A stretch of DNA of 64,000 bases from an uncultured virus (IMG/VR IMGVR_UViG_3300031787_000017) (taxonomy: Duplodnaviria > Heunggongvirae > Uroviricota > Caudoviricetes): the IMG/VR virus record IMGVR_UViG_3300031787_000017, one strand, 5' to 3'. This document shows, one piece after another, positions 37,595 through 47,100 of the stretch. The notes under the pieces were generated by a model that was given only the letters and a program-made list of their open reading frames with translations, was not told where the DNA came from and searched no databases. The position numbers were made by a program, and so were the translations under genes. How positions within the stretch are numbered: the stretch's first letter is position 1; every line of letters begins with the position of its first letter.

Positions 37595-38719
37595 TTAATT
37601 CCTACACTCTACGCCTTCATTTTCAACACCAACATTTTCAATATAATGTAATACTAAATCTTGAAAAACTGGAACATCCTTACACTCATCAACAACTCTT
37701 AAACCCTGTTCATAATATATGTGAAATAATTCACAAATACTATCCAATGGTTTATTGTCATTCATAATTTGAGAATAAGTGCATCCAGTATTACATACTT
37801 GTTTTAAATCGCAAGGTTCACATTTATCAAAACTTTTAGGATTAAATATATCTTGATAATATTTAAAATTATATTGTTCGTCCATCTTCATAATTTTTTT
37901 AGATGCAAATCTGGCGCAAGGATAAAATTCACCAGAACTCATCAAAACTCCACCATTGGTTCCTGCAAAACATCCAAATGATCTTTTTCCTTTTACTAAT
38001 CCATATAGTGTGTCCAAAATAGCTAGTCTGAGAAAGCCAACTGAACAAGCTTTACCTGATTTTAGTTTTTCTATCCAAAAATCCGCCAATCTTTCACATT
38101 CATATCTAAACTGTTTGATATCTTCTACAGTCCAAACATCATCTCGAACTATACTAAAATCGGGATGATCTATACCCCAATCTAGTAAGAATTGGAAATT
38201 CTCCGTCATATCTTTGGTATTACCTGGCCATATCATAACTTTACAACCGTTTGTTAAATCTTTTATGATTTCTTTCTTGTACTCATACATTGAAAGAATA
38301 CCATCAAATAAATCTCCAGTTTCTGGATTAGTATTTTCTAAAAGTGGTAATAAAGGTCTAGTTTCATTTGAACTCATACCATCAAAAGACCAAGAAACAC
38401 CGACACCATTTTCTTTTAAATAATGAGCTTTATTTTCATCAATCATCGTAAGATTTGTGATGATATTAATACCTTTACATTTCTTATCCGATTTCAAATA
38501 AGGAACGGCGTGAGTTATAAGATCCCAATTTAATAGTGGTTCACCACCAAAAAAACTTACATGATAATCCCTATCTCCCGATCTTTGCATCAAGTTGGGC
38601 AAATCTTTCATACCTTGATCGAAAACCTCTTTCGTCATCCAAGTTGGCCTATTTGCTACATAACAATAAGGACAACCTAGATTACATTTTTCAGTAACAC
38701 TTACCTCTAATGTAAACAT
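37595..38719 (-). CDS. Radical SAM/SPASM domain protein
   Basis: CNLGCPYC, FFGGEPLLN, SFDG; SPASM Cys set CFAG...YPCARF...CEPC...VCNTGC...IC. Confidence 0.92.
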   Translation of the reverse strand: MFTLEVSVTEKCNLGCPYCYVANRPTWMTKEVFDQGMKDLPNLMQRSGDRDYHVSFFGGEPLLNWDLITHAVPYLKSDKKCKGINIITNLTMIDENKAHYLKENGVGVSWSFDGMSSNETRPLLPLLENTNPETGDLFDGILSMYEYKKEIIKDLTNGCKVMIWPGNTKDMTENFQFLLDWGIDHPDFSIVRDDVWTVEDIKQFRYECERLADFWIEKLKSGKACSVGFLRLAILDTLYGLVKGKRSFGCFAGTNGGVLMSSGEFYPCARFASKKIMKMDEQYNFKYYQDIFNPKSFDKCEPCDLKQVCNTGCTYSQIMNDNKPLDSICELFHIYYEQGLRVVDECKDVPVFQDLVLHYIENVGVENEGVECRN

Positions 38720-38729
38720 TCTTTTATCC

Positions 38730-39836
38730 TTAAACTGTGCATTGTTCAGCCTCGATTTTAATCGTAGGCTTTTTATAACTCTTTAGTGCTGTTCTTAGAG
38801 CATGATGTACTATCTCATTCGTTTTGAATACCTTACATACCTGCCAATTAGCTGTATGATCACTCCATTTTTCTAAATAAGTTTCTTTTTCAGATTTCTC
38901 ATAAGTCGCAGCATTACACTTCATACAAAACTGACTATCGCAACTCATACAGTCTAGTGGTTGATTTTTCAATGCGTCTTTATACATCTGAGATTTTTCT
39001 TCAATCAACTGATCTAAATCTGGAACTTTAAAAATATTACCGAGTTTATGTGAATGAGATTCTTTATACATGCATCCGTGACAAGGACTTAAATCCCCAT
39101 TCAAGTCCACACTCACATAATTTATACCTGCAGCACATAGAGCTCTAGACTGTTGAAACCATCCAAATTTTTCAGGAGGTAATTTGTTATCATAAATGTG
39201 TTTAGCAATTTTTTTCAATCCATCCTTCAAAACTTCTAATCTAGGCATGAATTCTTCTTCATTCAACTGACTGTATAAGTCTGGTGTTGGAAAATAATTA
39301 TTATCCATTTCTATTACATCTAGAAATGCTTCATAAATTAAATGGAAATTATCGGATGTCAAAACAGATTTCAATGAAACATTTAGCCCAGCTTGTTTAG
39401 CTGCAATATAGTTTGCTTTAACTAAGGCTGATGATGGAGTACCAGACTTAGTTACTCTTGCGATATCATTTACTGGTTTTCCATCATATGAAACTTGTAA
39501 CTTTAGTCTACCTGGAATTTCATTATGAATTCTAACCAAATCTTTTAAATATCTTTTTAAATATGTTCCATTTGTATAGAAGAAAAAAGAAAACCCAGGA
39601 TCGTGTTTAAACTTCTCAATAACACCTTTACAAAAATCCCAATTAACAAACGGTTCGCCACCCCAAAAATAAACATCCTTTTTAGGATCAGAAATTTTAG
39701 CCATAAATTCTTCAACATTATCTAATGTCAAAGAAGTATTTTCTTCAAACTCAGTAGATAGACCACACTCAAAACCTTCGGAACAATATGTGCAAGCTAA
39801 ATTGCAAATACTTGTTACGTTTATATCTACTACCAT
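38730..39836 (-). CDS. Radical SAM/SPASM domain protein
   Basis: CNLACTYC, FWGGEPF, YTNG, VSYDG; SPASM Cys set CAAG...SPCHGC...CMSC...FCMKC...VC; AGGAG RBS. Confidence 0.92.
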   Translation of the reverse strand: MVVDINVTSICNLACTYCSEGFECGLSTEFEENTSLTLDNVEEFMAKISDPKKDVYFWGGEPFVNWDFCKGVIEKFKHDPGFSFFFYTNGTYLKRYLKDLVRIHNEIPGRLKLQVSYDGKPVNDIARVTKSGTPSSALVKANYIAAKQAGLNVSLKSVLTSDNFHLIYEAFLDVIEMDNNYFPTPDLYSQLNEEEFMPRLEVLKDGLKKIAKHIYDNKLPPEKFGWFQQSRALCAAGINYVSVDLNGDLSPCHGCMYKESHSHKLGNIFKVPDLDQLIEEKSQMYKDALKNQPLDCMSCDSQFCMKCNAATYEKSEKETYLEKWSDHTANWQVCKVFKTNEIVHHALRTALKSYKKPTIKIEAEQCTV

Positions 39837-39891
39837 TTTTTCTCCTTTTATTTTAAATCAAAGACGCACTAGTATATAGTAGTTGATAAAC

Positions 39892-40629
39892 TCAATCAAC
39901 ATTTCTGTAGTATTCGTTCAGTTCTAAAACTTTTTTAAGTAATTCTACATCATAATTTTTCACCAAACACTCGGTATCTTTTGGTAAGCAAGGACCTCCA
40001 AATCCTCTTTTTCCGTCAGGTCCAGGAACTTTAAAATGATTGGATCCCATCCAAGGATGTTTAGAAAGTATTTCGATAGCTTCCTCATAGTTTACCTCCA
40101 TCTTTTTAGCTACATCATACATTGAATTCATAAAAATAACTTTTGTTGCATAAAAAGAATTCATTGAGTATTTTATAAAAGAAGCAGTATTGATATCCGT
40201 TATGAATGTATTACTCATATCTACAGTAGAATACTTTCTATAAATTTCTAATGCTTGTTCAGATTTATTACCCGATAAAATCGTTAGAGGAGGATTTACA
40301 AAATCTTCCTTTGAAGTGGACCTTGATAAAAATTCTGGATTATATACTACGTCATATTGTTTTAAATATTGTGGTAACACAGTTGATTTGACTATGACAA
40401 CTCCTTTATAATTCATTCGTCGTATTTCATCAAGTACAGAAATCAACAAAGAATAATTAGTGTTATCTGTGGGAGTAGGAACACAAACGAAGATAGCCTC
40501 AGGATTTAATAAACAAAGGCCTTTCACCGTTACGTGATTATATTTCGGATCACAAACAAAAACTTTAGTTTTGGAAAAGCCGTATTCAACGGCTTGTCCA
40601 ACCATTCCATAACCAATAATTCCAATCAT
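39892..40629 (-). CDS. UDP-glucose/GDP-mannose dehydrogenase family protein (short form)
   Basis: GIIGYGMVG, FVCVPTP, VKSTV, YNPEFL, KYSMNSFYATK and GFGGPCLPKD (catalytic Cys). Confidence 0.92.
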   Translation of the reverse strand: MIGIIGYGMVGQAVEYGFSKTKVFVCDPKYNHVTVKGLCLLNPEAIFVCVPTPTDNTNYSLLISVLDEIRRMNYKGVVIVKSTVLPQYLKQYDVVYNPEFLSRSTSKEDFVNPPLTILSGNKSEQALEIYRKYSTVDMSNTFITDINTASFIKYSMNSFYATKVIFMNSMYDVAKKMEVNYEEAIEILSKHPWMGSNHFKVPGPDGKRGFGGPCLPKDTECLVKNYDVELLKKVLELNEYYRNVD

Positions 40630-40632
40630 AAT

Positions 40633-43600
40633 TTACATGATAGCTACTTCTATCTTTCCTTCTTCTTCAGTGTTTTTATCTTCTAAACAAATTAATCTTA
40701 ATGGTAATTTGTTACCATCAGATACTTTAGCTACTCCTGGTACATCAGACATTTCAAGTAAATCACCTTTTTTACATGTGCCTAAAATTCTAACAGGCAA
40801 TCTACCTTTGAGTCCAACAACTATACCACCTTCTAATCCATCATTCATTAAGAAAGCAGGTTTTTCCGAAACAACTCCTATTATAACATGTAATTTATCT
40901 TTTGTCGCGGCTGTAACTTCTTTATTGCCGCCAATCATCATAATCGTTCCATAATCATAAGATTGGTCTGGTAAATAACATTCGGCTAAGTCCGCAGAAT
41001 AGTATGCTGATGTTGCGATGCCTCGGAAGAAATCAGCTACAATATCCTTTTCACAGAATATACCACCTTCAACATATAGAGAAGCACCAGCGGCAGGACT
41101 AGTAGAATTATCTTGACCAGTTGTAGCTTGAGTGCTATTTCTAATTCTAACCCTACCATAAAGATCGGAAGCACCATAATTAGTTAAATTAGCAGAAGTT
41201 GCTTGGCCAGCGACGCCAGTAACAATCGTTCCTCCAGAAGTAACATTAGTTGTACTACCAGCAGTTGTAGCGCTACTAGCAGATGTAGCACTACCAGCAC
41301 TAGTTGCATATCCAGCATCACCGGTAATATTCATGGGATAAGTTCTAGCGCCACCTGTGTCAGTTCTTGAAACTCTATTTGTAGGTAATAAACCGGCAGC
41401 ATCAACTTGAATATATCCAGTTAAATTGGGAGCAGAAATTTCAGACCAACTAAATCCAGTACCCGTCCAATTTAAAAAACGATTTAAATTTGCTGGAGGA
41501 GCAACAATGAAAGCTGTAGTATCTTGTTCTGATTGATATACAATTCTACTTGCAGCACCGCCAGTAATATTATTCGCTCTATCAGAAACAAAACCTAAAG
41601 TTGTAAAATCTGCTGGATCTGAAGTTGCATGTGTATATTGCCATCTGTCAATAGTTTCATTATAACGGAATATAGCATTTGGAGAAACACCCCTATCAAC
41701 TTCAATTGTAGCACTTAAAGACGGACTCTGATTTTGGTTTTGATTACCATTAAATACAAAAGTTCCACCTTGTAGGAGTGCTGTGCCTCCATTAAACTTA
41801 ATGTTGCCACTTTCCAATTTACCAGTAACATTTATATTACCATTTATGGTTTGAATATCACTACCACCCGTTCTATAAACAGCATTATTTGCATTACTGA
41901 ACGCAGCATTGGCATGCCTAAATGCCACATTTAAATGTACGTTTGCTGTATTTGCAAATAAAAATGCCGCATTAGCGTGAATAAATGCTGGAACAACATT
42001 AGCTAAAGCTTGAGATGCAGATTCTTGTGCAACAGCAGCAGCAGCTGCAGCAGTATTGGCAGCTCCAAAAGCTCCATTCGCATAAGAACTAGCACTATTT
42101 GCACTTCCAAATGCTGAGTTAGCATATCCACCAGAAATTACACCACCACTCAATGCAGCAGCATTAGCCGCAGCAAAAGCAGAATTAGCATACACGCCTG
42201 CACTATTTGCACTTCCAAATGCTGAGTTAGCATATCCACCAGAAATTACACCACCCTGCAAGGCAGCAAGATTCGCTGCAGCATAAGCGCCATTAGCATA
42301 ATTTGATGCACTCGTTATATTAATTGTAAACAGAGCCGAGTTAGCATTAGCAGTATTAGACACTACGTTTGCCCAATTAAATGCAGCATTAGCATGAGTG
42401 TAACCCGAGTTGGCATATCTACCAGATGTTTGTGCGACTGAGTGCGCGGTGTTTACCGCTAAAGGCGTAGCTATATTAGATGTACTTAAATTTGAAACTT
42501 CAGAATCTAAGAAACTTGCATCCAAAATTCCATAAAGTTCACTATAGGTATTACCTTTTGAGATTTTCCATTGGTCATCAGTTTCAACCCATCTAATAAT
42601 CGCATCATCACCAACAGGCCTTTCATTTCTAAAAACTGCATCAGCGTTTGTTGGTGTTCTCTTATTTAAAATTATCTCACTTGTCTCATATTCAATGTCA
42701 CCTAAAGCTGTCCAAGTTCCCTCAACAGTTAAATTACTTGAAATGTAAGCTGTATTGAGTGTAGTTTTTCCATCAACGATTAAAGATTCATATTGGCTGC
42801 CCGGAGCATAAATCCTTAATTGCGATCCACTTTGCATCCATAGATTAGAAGAAACATTTACCCAAGCAGCATTAATTGTGGAAACTTCAACATTATTTGT
42901 AATAATATTATTAGCGGTAATTCTATGAGTTGAAGTTAAATTATATGATGTTAATATGTTAATTGAAGATGTATTGATTGAAGCTACATTTATACTTGAA
43001 CTATTTGAAACTAGATTTACTACATTACCATTTAATATGGTAGCGGTATTGATCGAAGATACATTGATTGAAGCTAAATTTGATACTAGAGTTACTACAT
43101 TACCAACTAATGTGGTTGACGCATTTACTGTAGCAACATTAATTGATGATGAATTCGACACTAGAGTTACTACATTACCATTTAATATGGTAGCGGTATT
43201 GATCGAAGATACATTCGAACTAAAATTAACAATATTACCAGAAATATTGGCGACCAAATACCTTGTGGAAACGGAATTAGAGGTATGCGAATTCGAAGAA
43301 AGATAGTAAGAATTGCCTGTTACATTTTCTAAAATACCTATTCTAGCAAAAGCGAGATCATCTAAAACATCTATTCTAGCAAACGAAGCATATAAATTTG
43401 CAGTGCTTACGTTAGTAGAAAAAGTATCTGTGGAGTATATTGTATTAGATTTTATGGATCCATTATTAGCATAAGCTACATTTCCTGTACCACTTAATCT
43501 TAGAGTGCCGGTAGATATTGTTAAATTGTTCGCTACAGTTACACTACCATTTGCAATATAATTATTCGAATATACATTACTTACTACTTGTAAATCGACA

Positions 43601-43944
43601 CCAATATATGAATTATTCGAAACAGAAAGAGCTGATCCAGGACCTCTTACCGAAACTGTGCCGCCAGCAATAATATTACCAGTTGCGGAACTTTGTACTC
43701 CTAAGAAAAGAGTATTTCCTAAAGTTAAACTACTTTGAAATAAAACGTTGTTTGCAACTTGTAGAGGGGTACCATCAGCTGTAATATTTAAAATAGAAGT
43801 ATTCGAAAGTATTAATGTTCCTTGAGTTTTATCGTAGTTATAAAACCCAAGGTCATTCAAATCTGATGCAGATTTGTTTGTTTGAATTCTCCATTCGTCA
43901 ATGGTATTCGTTCTAGCAATGATTGGTATTAATGAGGTAGGCAT
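40633..43944 (-). CDS. Tail fibre/appendage protein with C-terminal peptidase G2-like autocleaving chaperone
   Basis: N-terminal TNTIDEWRIQTN; N/S/T/I/V-rich beta repeats; ANSA repeats; C-terminal ADLAECY...IGVVSEKPAFLMN...GLKGRLPV...KGDLL. Confidence 0.78.
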   Translation of the reverse strand: MPTSLIPIIARTNTIDEWRIQTNKSASDLNDLGFYNYDKTQGTLILSNTSILNITADGTPLQVANNVLFQSSLTLGNTLFLGVQSSATGNIIAGGTVSVRGPGSALSVSNNSYIGVDLQVVSNVYSNNYIANGSVTVANNLTISTGTLRLSGTGNVAYANNGSIKSNTIYSTDTFSTNVSTANLYASFARIDVLDDLAFARIGILENVTGNSYYLSSNSHTSNSVSTRYLVANISGNIVNFSSNVSSINTATILNGNVVTLVSNSSSINVATVNASTTLVGNVVTLVSNLASINVSSINTATILNGNVVNLVSNSSSINVASINTSSINILTSYNLTSTHRITANNIITNNVEVSTINAAWVNVSSNLWMQSGSQLRIYAPGSQYESLIVDGKTTLNTAYISSNLTVEGTWTALGDIEYETSEIILNKRTPTNADAVFRNERPVGDDAIIRWVETDDQWKISKGNTYSELYGILDASFLDSEVSNLSTSNIATPLAVNTAHSVAQTSGRYANSGYTHANAAFNWANVVSNTANANSALFTINITSASNYANGAYAAANLAALQGGVISGGYANSAFGSANSAGVYANSAFAAANAAALSGGVISGGYANSAFGSANSASSYANGAFGAANTAAAAAAVAQESASQALANVVPAFIHANAAFLFANTANVHLNVAFRHANAAFSNANNAVYRTGGSDIQTINGNINVTGKLESGNIKFNGGTALLQGGTFVFNGNQNQNQSPSLSATIEVDRGVSPNAIFRYNETIDRWQYTHATSDPADFTTLGFVSDRANNITGGAASRIVYQSEQDTTAFIVAPPANLNRFLNWTGTGFSWSEISAPNLTGYIQVDAAGLLPTNRVSRTDTGGARTYPMNITGDAGYATSAGSATSASSATTAGSTTNVTSGGTIVTGVAGQATSANLTNYGASDLYGRVRIRNSTQATTGQDNSTSPAAGASLYVEGGIFCEKDIVADFFRGIATSAYYSADLAECYLPDQSYDYGTIMMIGGNKEVTAATKDKLHVIIGVVSEKPAFLMNDGLEGGIVVGLKGRLPVRILGTCKKGDLLEMSDVPGVAKVSDGNKLPLRLICLEDKNTEEEGKIEVAIM

Positions 43945-43953
43945 TTCTGATTA

Positions 43954-44193
43954 TTAATCCTTCTTATGAATCAGCGTCTGTAATAGAGATTTTATTTCAT
44001 TCATATCATTAGACATTTCTTCAATTTTAGTTTTTAAGTTATTTATCTCGTCATCATTTCCGCTTATTTTTTTACCTAATTTTTTTCTAGCTTCATTCTG
44101 TTGCAAAATAGTTTTATTTACGGCCAATAGAGCACCATTTGTTTTATTTTTAACAAATTGGCCGCCTTCGACCTTAAGTAAATTATTTTCCAT
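43954..44193 (-). CDS. Small coiled-coil protein
   Basis: 79-aa ORF with C-terminal heptads EINNLKTKIEEMSNDMNEIKSLLQTL, directly after the DUF4815-like gene. Confidence 0.7.
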   Translation of the reverse strand: MENNLLKVEGGQFVKNKTNGALLAVNKTILQQNEARKKLGKKISGNDDEINNLKTKIEEMSNDMNEIKSLLQTLIHKKD

Positions 44194-44194
44194 A

Positions 44195-47100
44195 TTATCC
44201 TGCCGGTAAAGCTATAATTCTCAAATCTTTAATTCTAGGTATAACTGATGGGTCTTGAGATGTCATTACAATTTTTATTGCGAAAGTTTTAAAAGTATCG
44301 TATGTTACACCAGCATCAGAAATATAAGTAACTTGATCTTCAGTCAATGAAGGTCTATATTCATATTCTCTAAACTCATTTTCATTAATGGATGCAGCTA
44401 CCGTTGGGTTTAAACATTCAAATTTACCATATGGTCTGTCTTTGAAATTTGTTGTATCAGATCCAGACAATATTTTATAGAAAACATGAATTTCGGTTCC
44501 AACTGGTTTATTGGCGGCTAAGAAAACTCTCATGTCGCCGGCATCAAAACCATCTGTTAAAACTATAGGTTTAGTAATATATCTAGCTAAGCAAGGACCG
44601 CCAGAACTGTCAAACTCAGAATTTAAAGTAATTGCAGCGTTTGATGTTACGTTTGGTGTATTTCCAGTATCAGGATAAGAAATAGTAAAATCATCCGTAT
44701 AACCTATACCGGAAGAAACAACATTAGCAGATAAAACATTTCCATTTACTCCATCACAACTCATATAAACAAGAGCGCCTTCACCAGTAGATGAAGTTAT
44801 TATAATCGTATTTGAATTAGAATATCCAGCGCCTTTACTAATAATATTGAAATCTTCATTGTCTATTTCACCATTATCTATAAAATTTTCCCAACAATTC
44901 AACTGTAAGCTTTCCAGAGAAACTAATGGTGTCACAGAATCATCATTTGTTGACATTTCAAGTTTAACGGTAAAATCGTTTTTATCTAAAATCTGTTTTC
45001 TTCTATTACCAATAGCATACTGAGTATCATCTGCCATATTATAAATTGTATATGGAGTTATACTTCTATAAATTGTTTCTTTTGATCCTCCAGCCACTTT
45101 AGAGATAAATGAATATTTCAGAGAAATTGGAGATTCTGACTGTGACGTAATAGACTTTTCCAATAATCTGAATCTATCGATATATTTGACACTATCTTGT
45201 TTTTCACTTTGTAAAGCAAAAGTGGCAGTTGATGTTGAAAATTTACAACGATTAAACTCAAACATCAAATCTTCATTTAAATATGGTACGTATTCCATAG
45301 CATTTTGAGACTTGTAAAGTGTACCAACATAAGGATTAACAGAAACAATTTGATTATTTAAAGTTGTCTGTCCTTTTTCTGCTGTCCATACCACATAATC
45401 CGGAGAATCTGTGAGAATAACTAGAGCATATAAACCAGGTTTTAAGAAAACAGGAGAATCAAAAGTAAATTTAGTTTTACTTGCTTCAACGTCTATACTT
45501 GGAGTGCTTGTTGTAGTAATTTCATTAGGAAACTTTTCTACGACAGATTCGGGATACCAATAATCAAAAGAAGGCGTTCCATTTACGGTAGGTCTAATTT
45601 GAACTCTAACTGGAAGTCCTTCATCATCCACGGCACTAAAAAACAAATTAACACTTTCCATATACAAACCATGTGGATAAGTTTGTTCATCGACATAAAA
45701 TGTTTGTGCTAAAGGATCTACTCTCCAGGTGCTGGTTATTCTACTCGAAACTGCTGTACTTTGAAGTATGGGTGAAGTTACTGTTCCAACAATTTTAGTA
45801 CTTGTTCCAACATTATAAACAGTATCAACTAAAGATGTTTTTGTAGTAGTTATACCAGAAGAAACAAAAGTTTTTTCAGCAAAAGAAATAGCATCTCTAT
45901 CATAACTATTATTAAAGGATTCTGTTAGTCTATATTTTCTCTCTCCACTTCTAAAAGTAGCTACTGGAGGATAGAAAATTCCACCAATTTGACCTTTACT
46001 GTTTGTAAAGTTAGTTCCTATACTATAAGAGAAAATTTTTCCTTGTTGTGTTGATGGTATAGTTTCTGAAACCGTAGCGACTTTAGTTGTAGTATTGTAA
46101 GCTATAATAGTATATTTTGAACCTGTTCCAGAAGCCTCATCACTTTTTCTTACTAAAGTTACATTATTTCCAGCAATATTAACACTTGGTGCATCAGGCG
46201 CTAAAGTAATTGTGCTCGAAGTTATTCCTCTTGTCATACCACATCTGTGATCAACAACGGTAGAAATTACTTTTGTGGTAGAAGAATCTAATCCAATTAT
46301 ATATTTTCCTGCAAGTGATAAAGGAAAAGTTTCATTAACTATACTTACATTTGAACTGCCAGATTCAGACGCAGCACAAACACCCAAATGATAAACACCA
46401 CTATCTGCCGCAAAATTTGCGAGTTGTGTAGCGATTTCACCATTAGTATTAGCAATTAGAACCATTTCTCCAGATTTAAATGGATTAGTTCCACTTATAG
46501 TTAATTTATTAGGAACAATGGTATAGTTATCAACTAGAACATCATCAAAGAAAGAATAGAATCTAGTTTTCGGTCTTAGTGAAGATCCAGCAAAAACTAT
46601 ACCTCTAGGTTTTAGATACGGATTAACAGCAATATCCGTAATATAAGATCCTAAATCAACTTTAGATGATGTTACATCTATCGATTCAGCACTTAATGTT
46701 GTTCCTTTTTTGACAAAAACTTGGTCTGTTGTTGTTTGCAAATTACCAAATGTATTATTTCCTAAATCAACAGTCGCATTAGTTTGCGTTTTGACCGTTT
46801 CAAACCATGAAGAATCCGGAACTTTAGCAAAAGGACTGTCTTTATCACTCAACCATGTTGGATTTTTATCTGATATAAAGTCGAAAGCTTCATTTATAAA
46901 ATTAAATGCATTTTCTAATCCCTGAACCGAATTTAATGTAATCTTTGAAGTTACACTGGTATCATGGTCACTTGTAAATTCTGGAAATAATCTTAAATTT
47001 CCATTAAAGTTACCATAAAGAGCACTAGCAACAGGAATAGTTTTCGTTGCATATGGTTGCGAAGCAAAAACTGATGATGTATAATCCATTATTAAAGACT

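Noticed and set aside
26809..39836. Radical SAM genes as a 7-deazaguanine (QueE) or anaerobic RNR-activase DNA-modification locus
   Set aside because: No queC, queD, folE, dpdA or nrdD is present in the window, and the SPASM/twitch tails and structural-gene context do not fit. It cannot be fully excluded without the rest of the genome.
40633..43944. Abundant N-x-S/T sequons as evidence of N-glycosylation
   Set aside because: They are expected by chance in a sequence this rich in Asn, Ser and Thr, and no oligosaccharyltransferase is visible.
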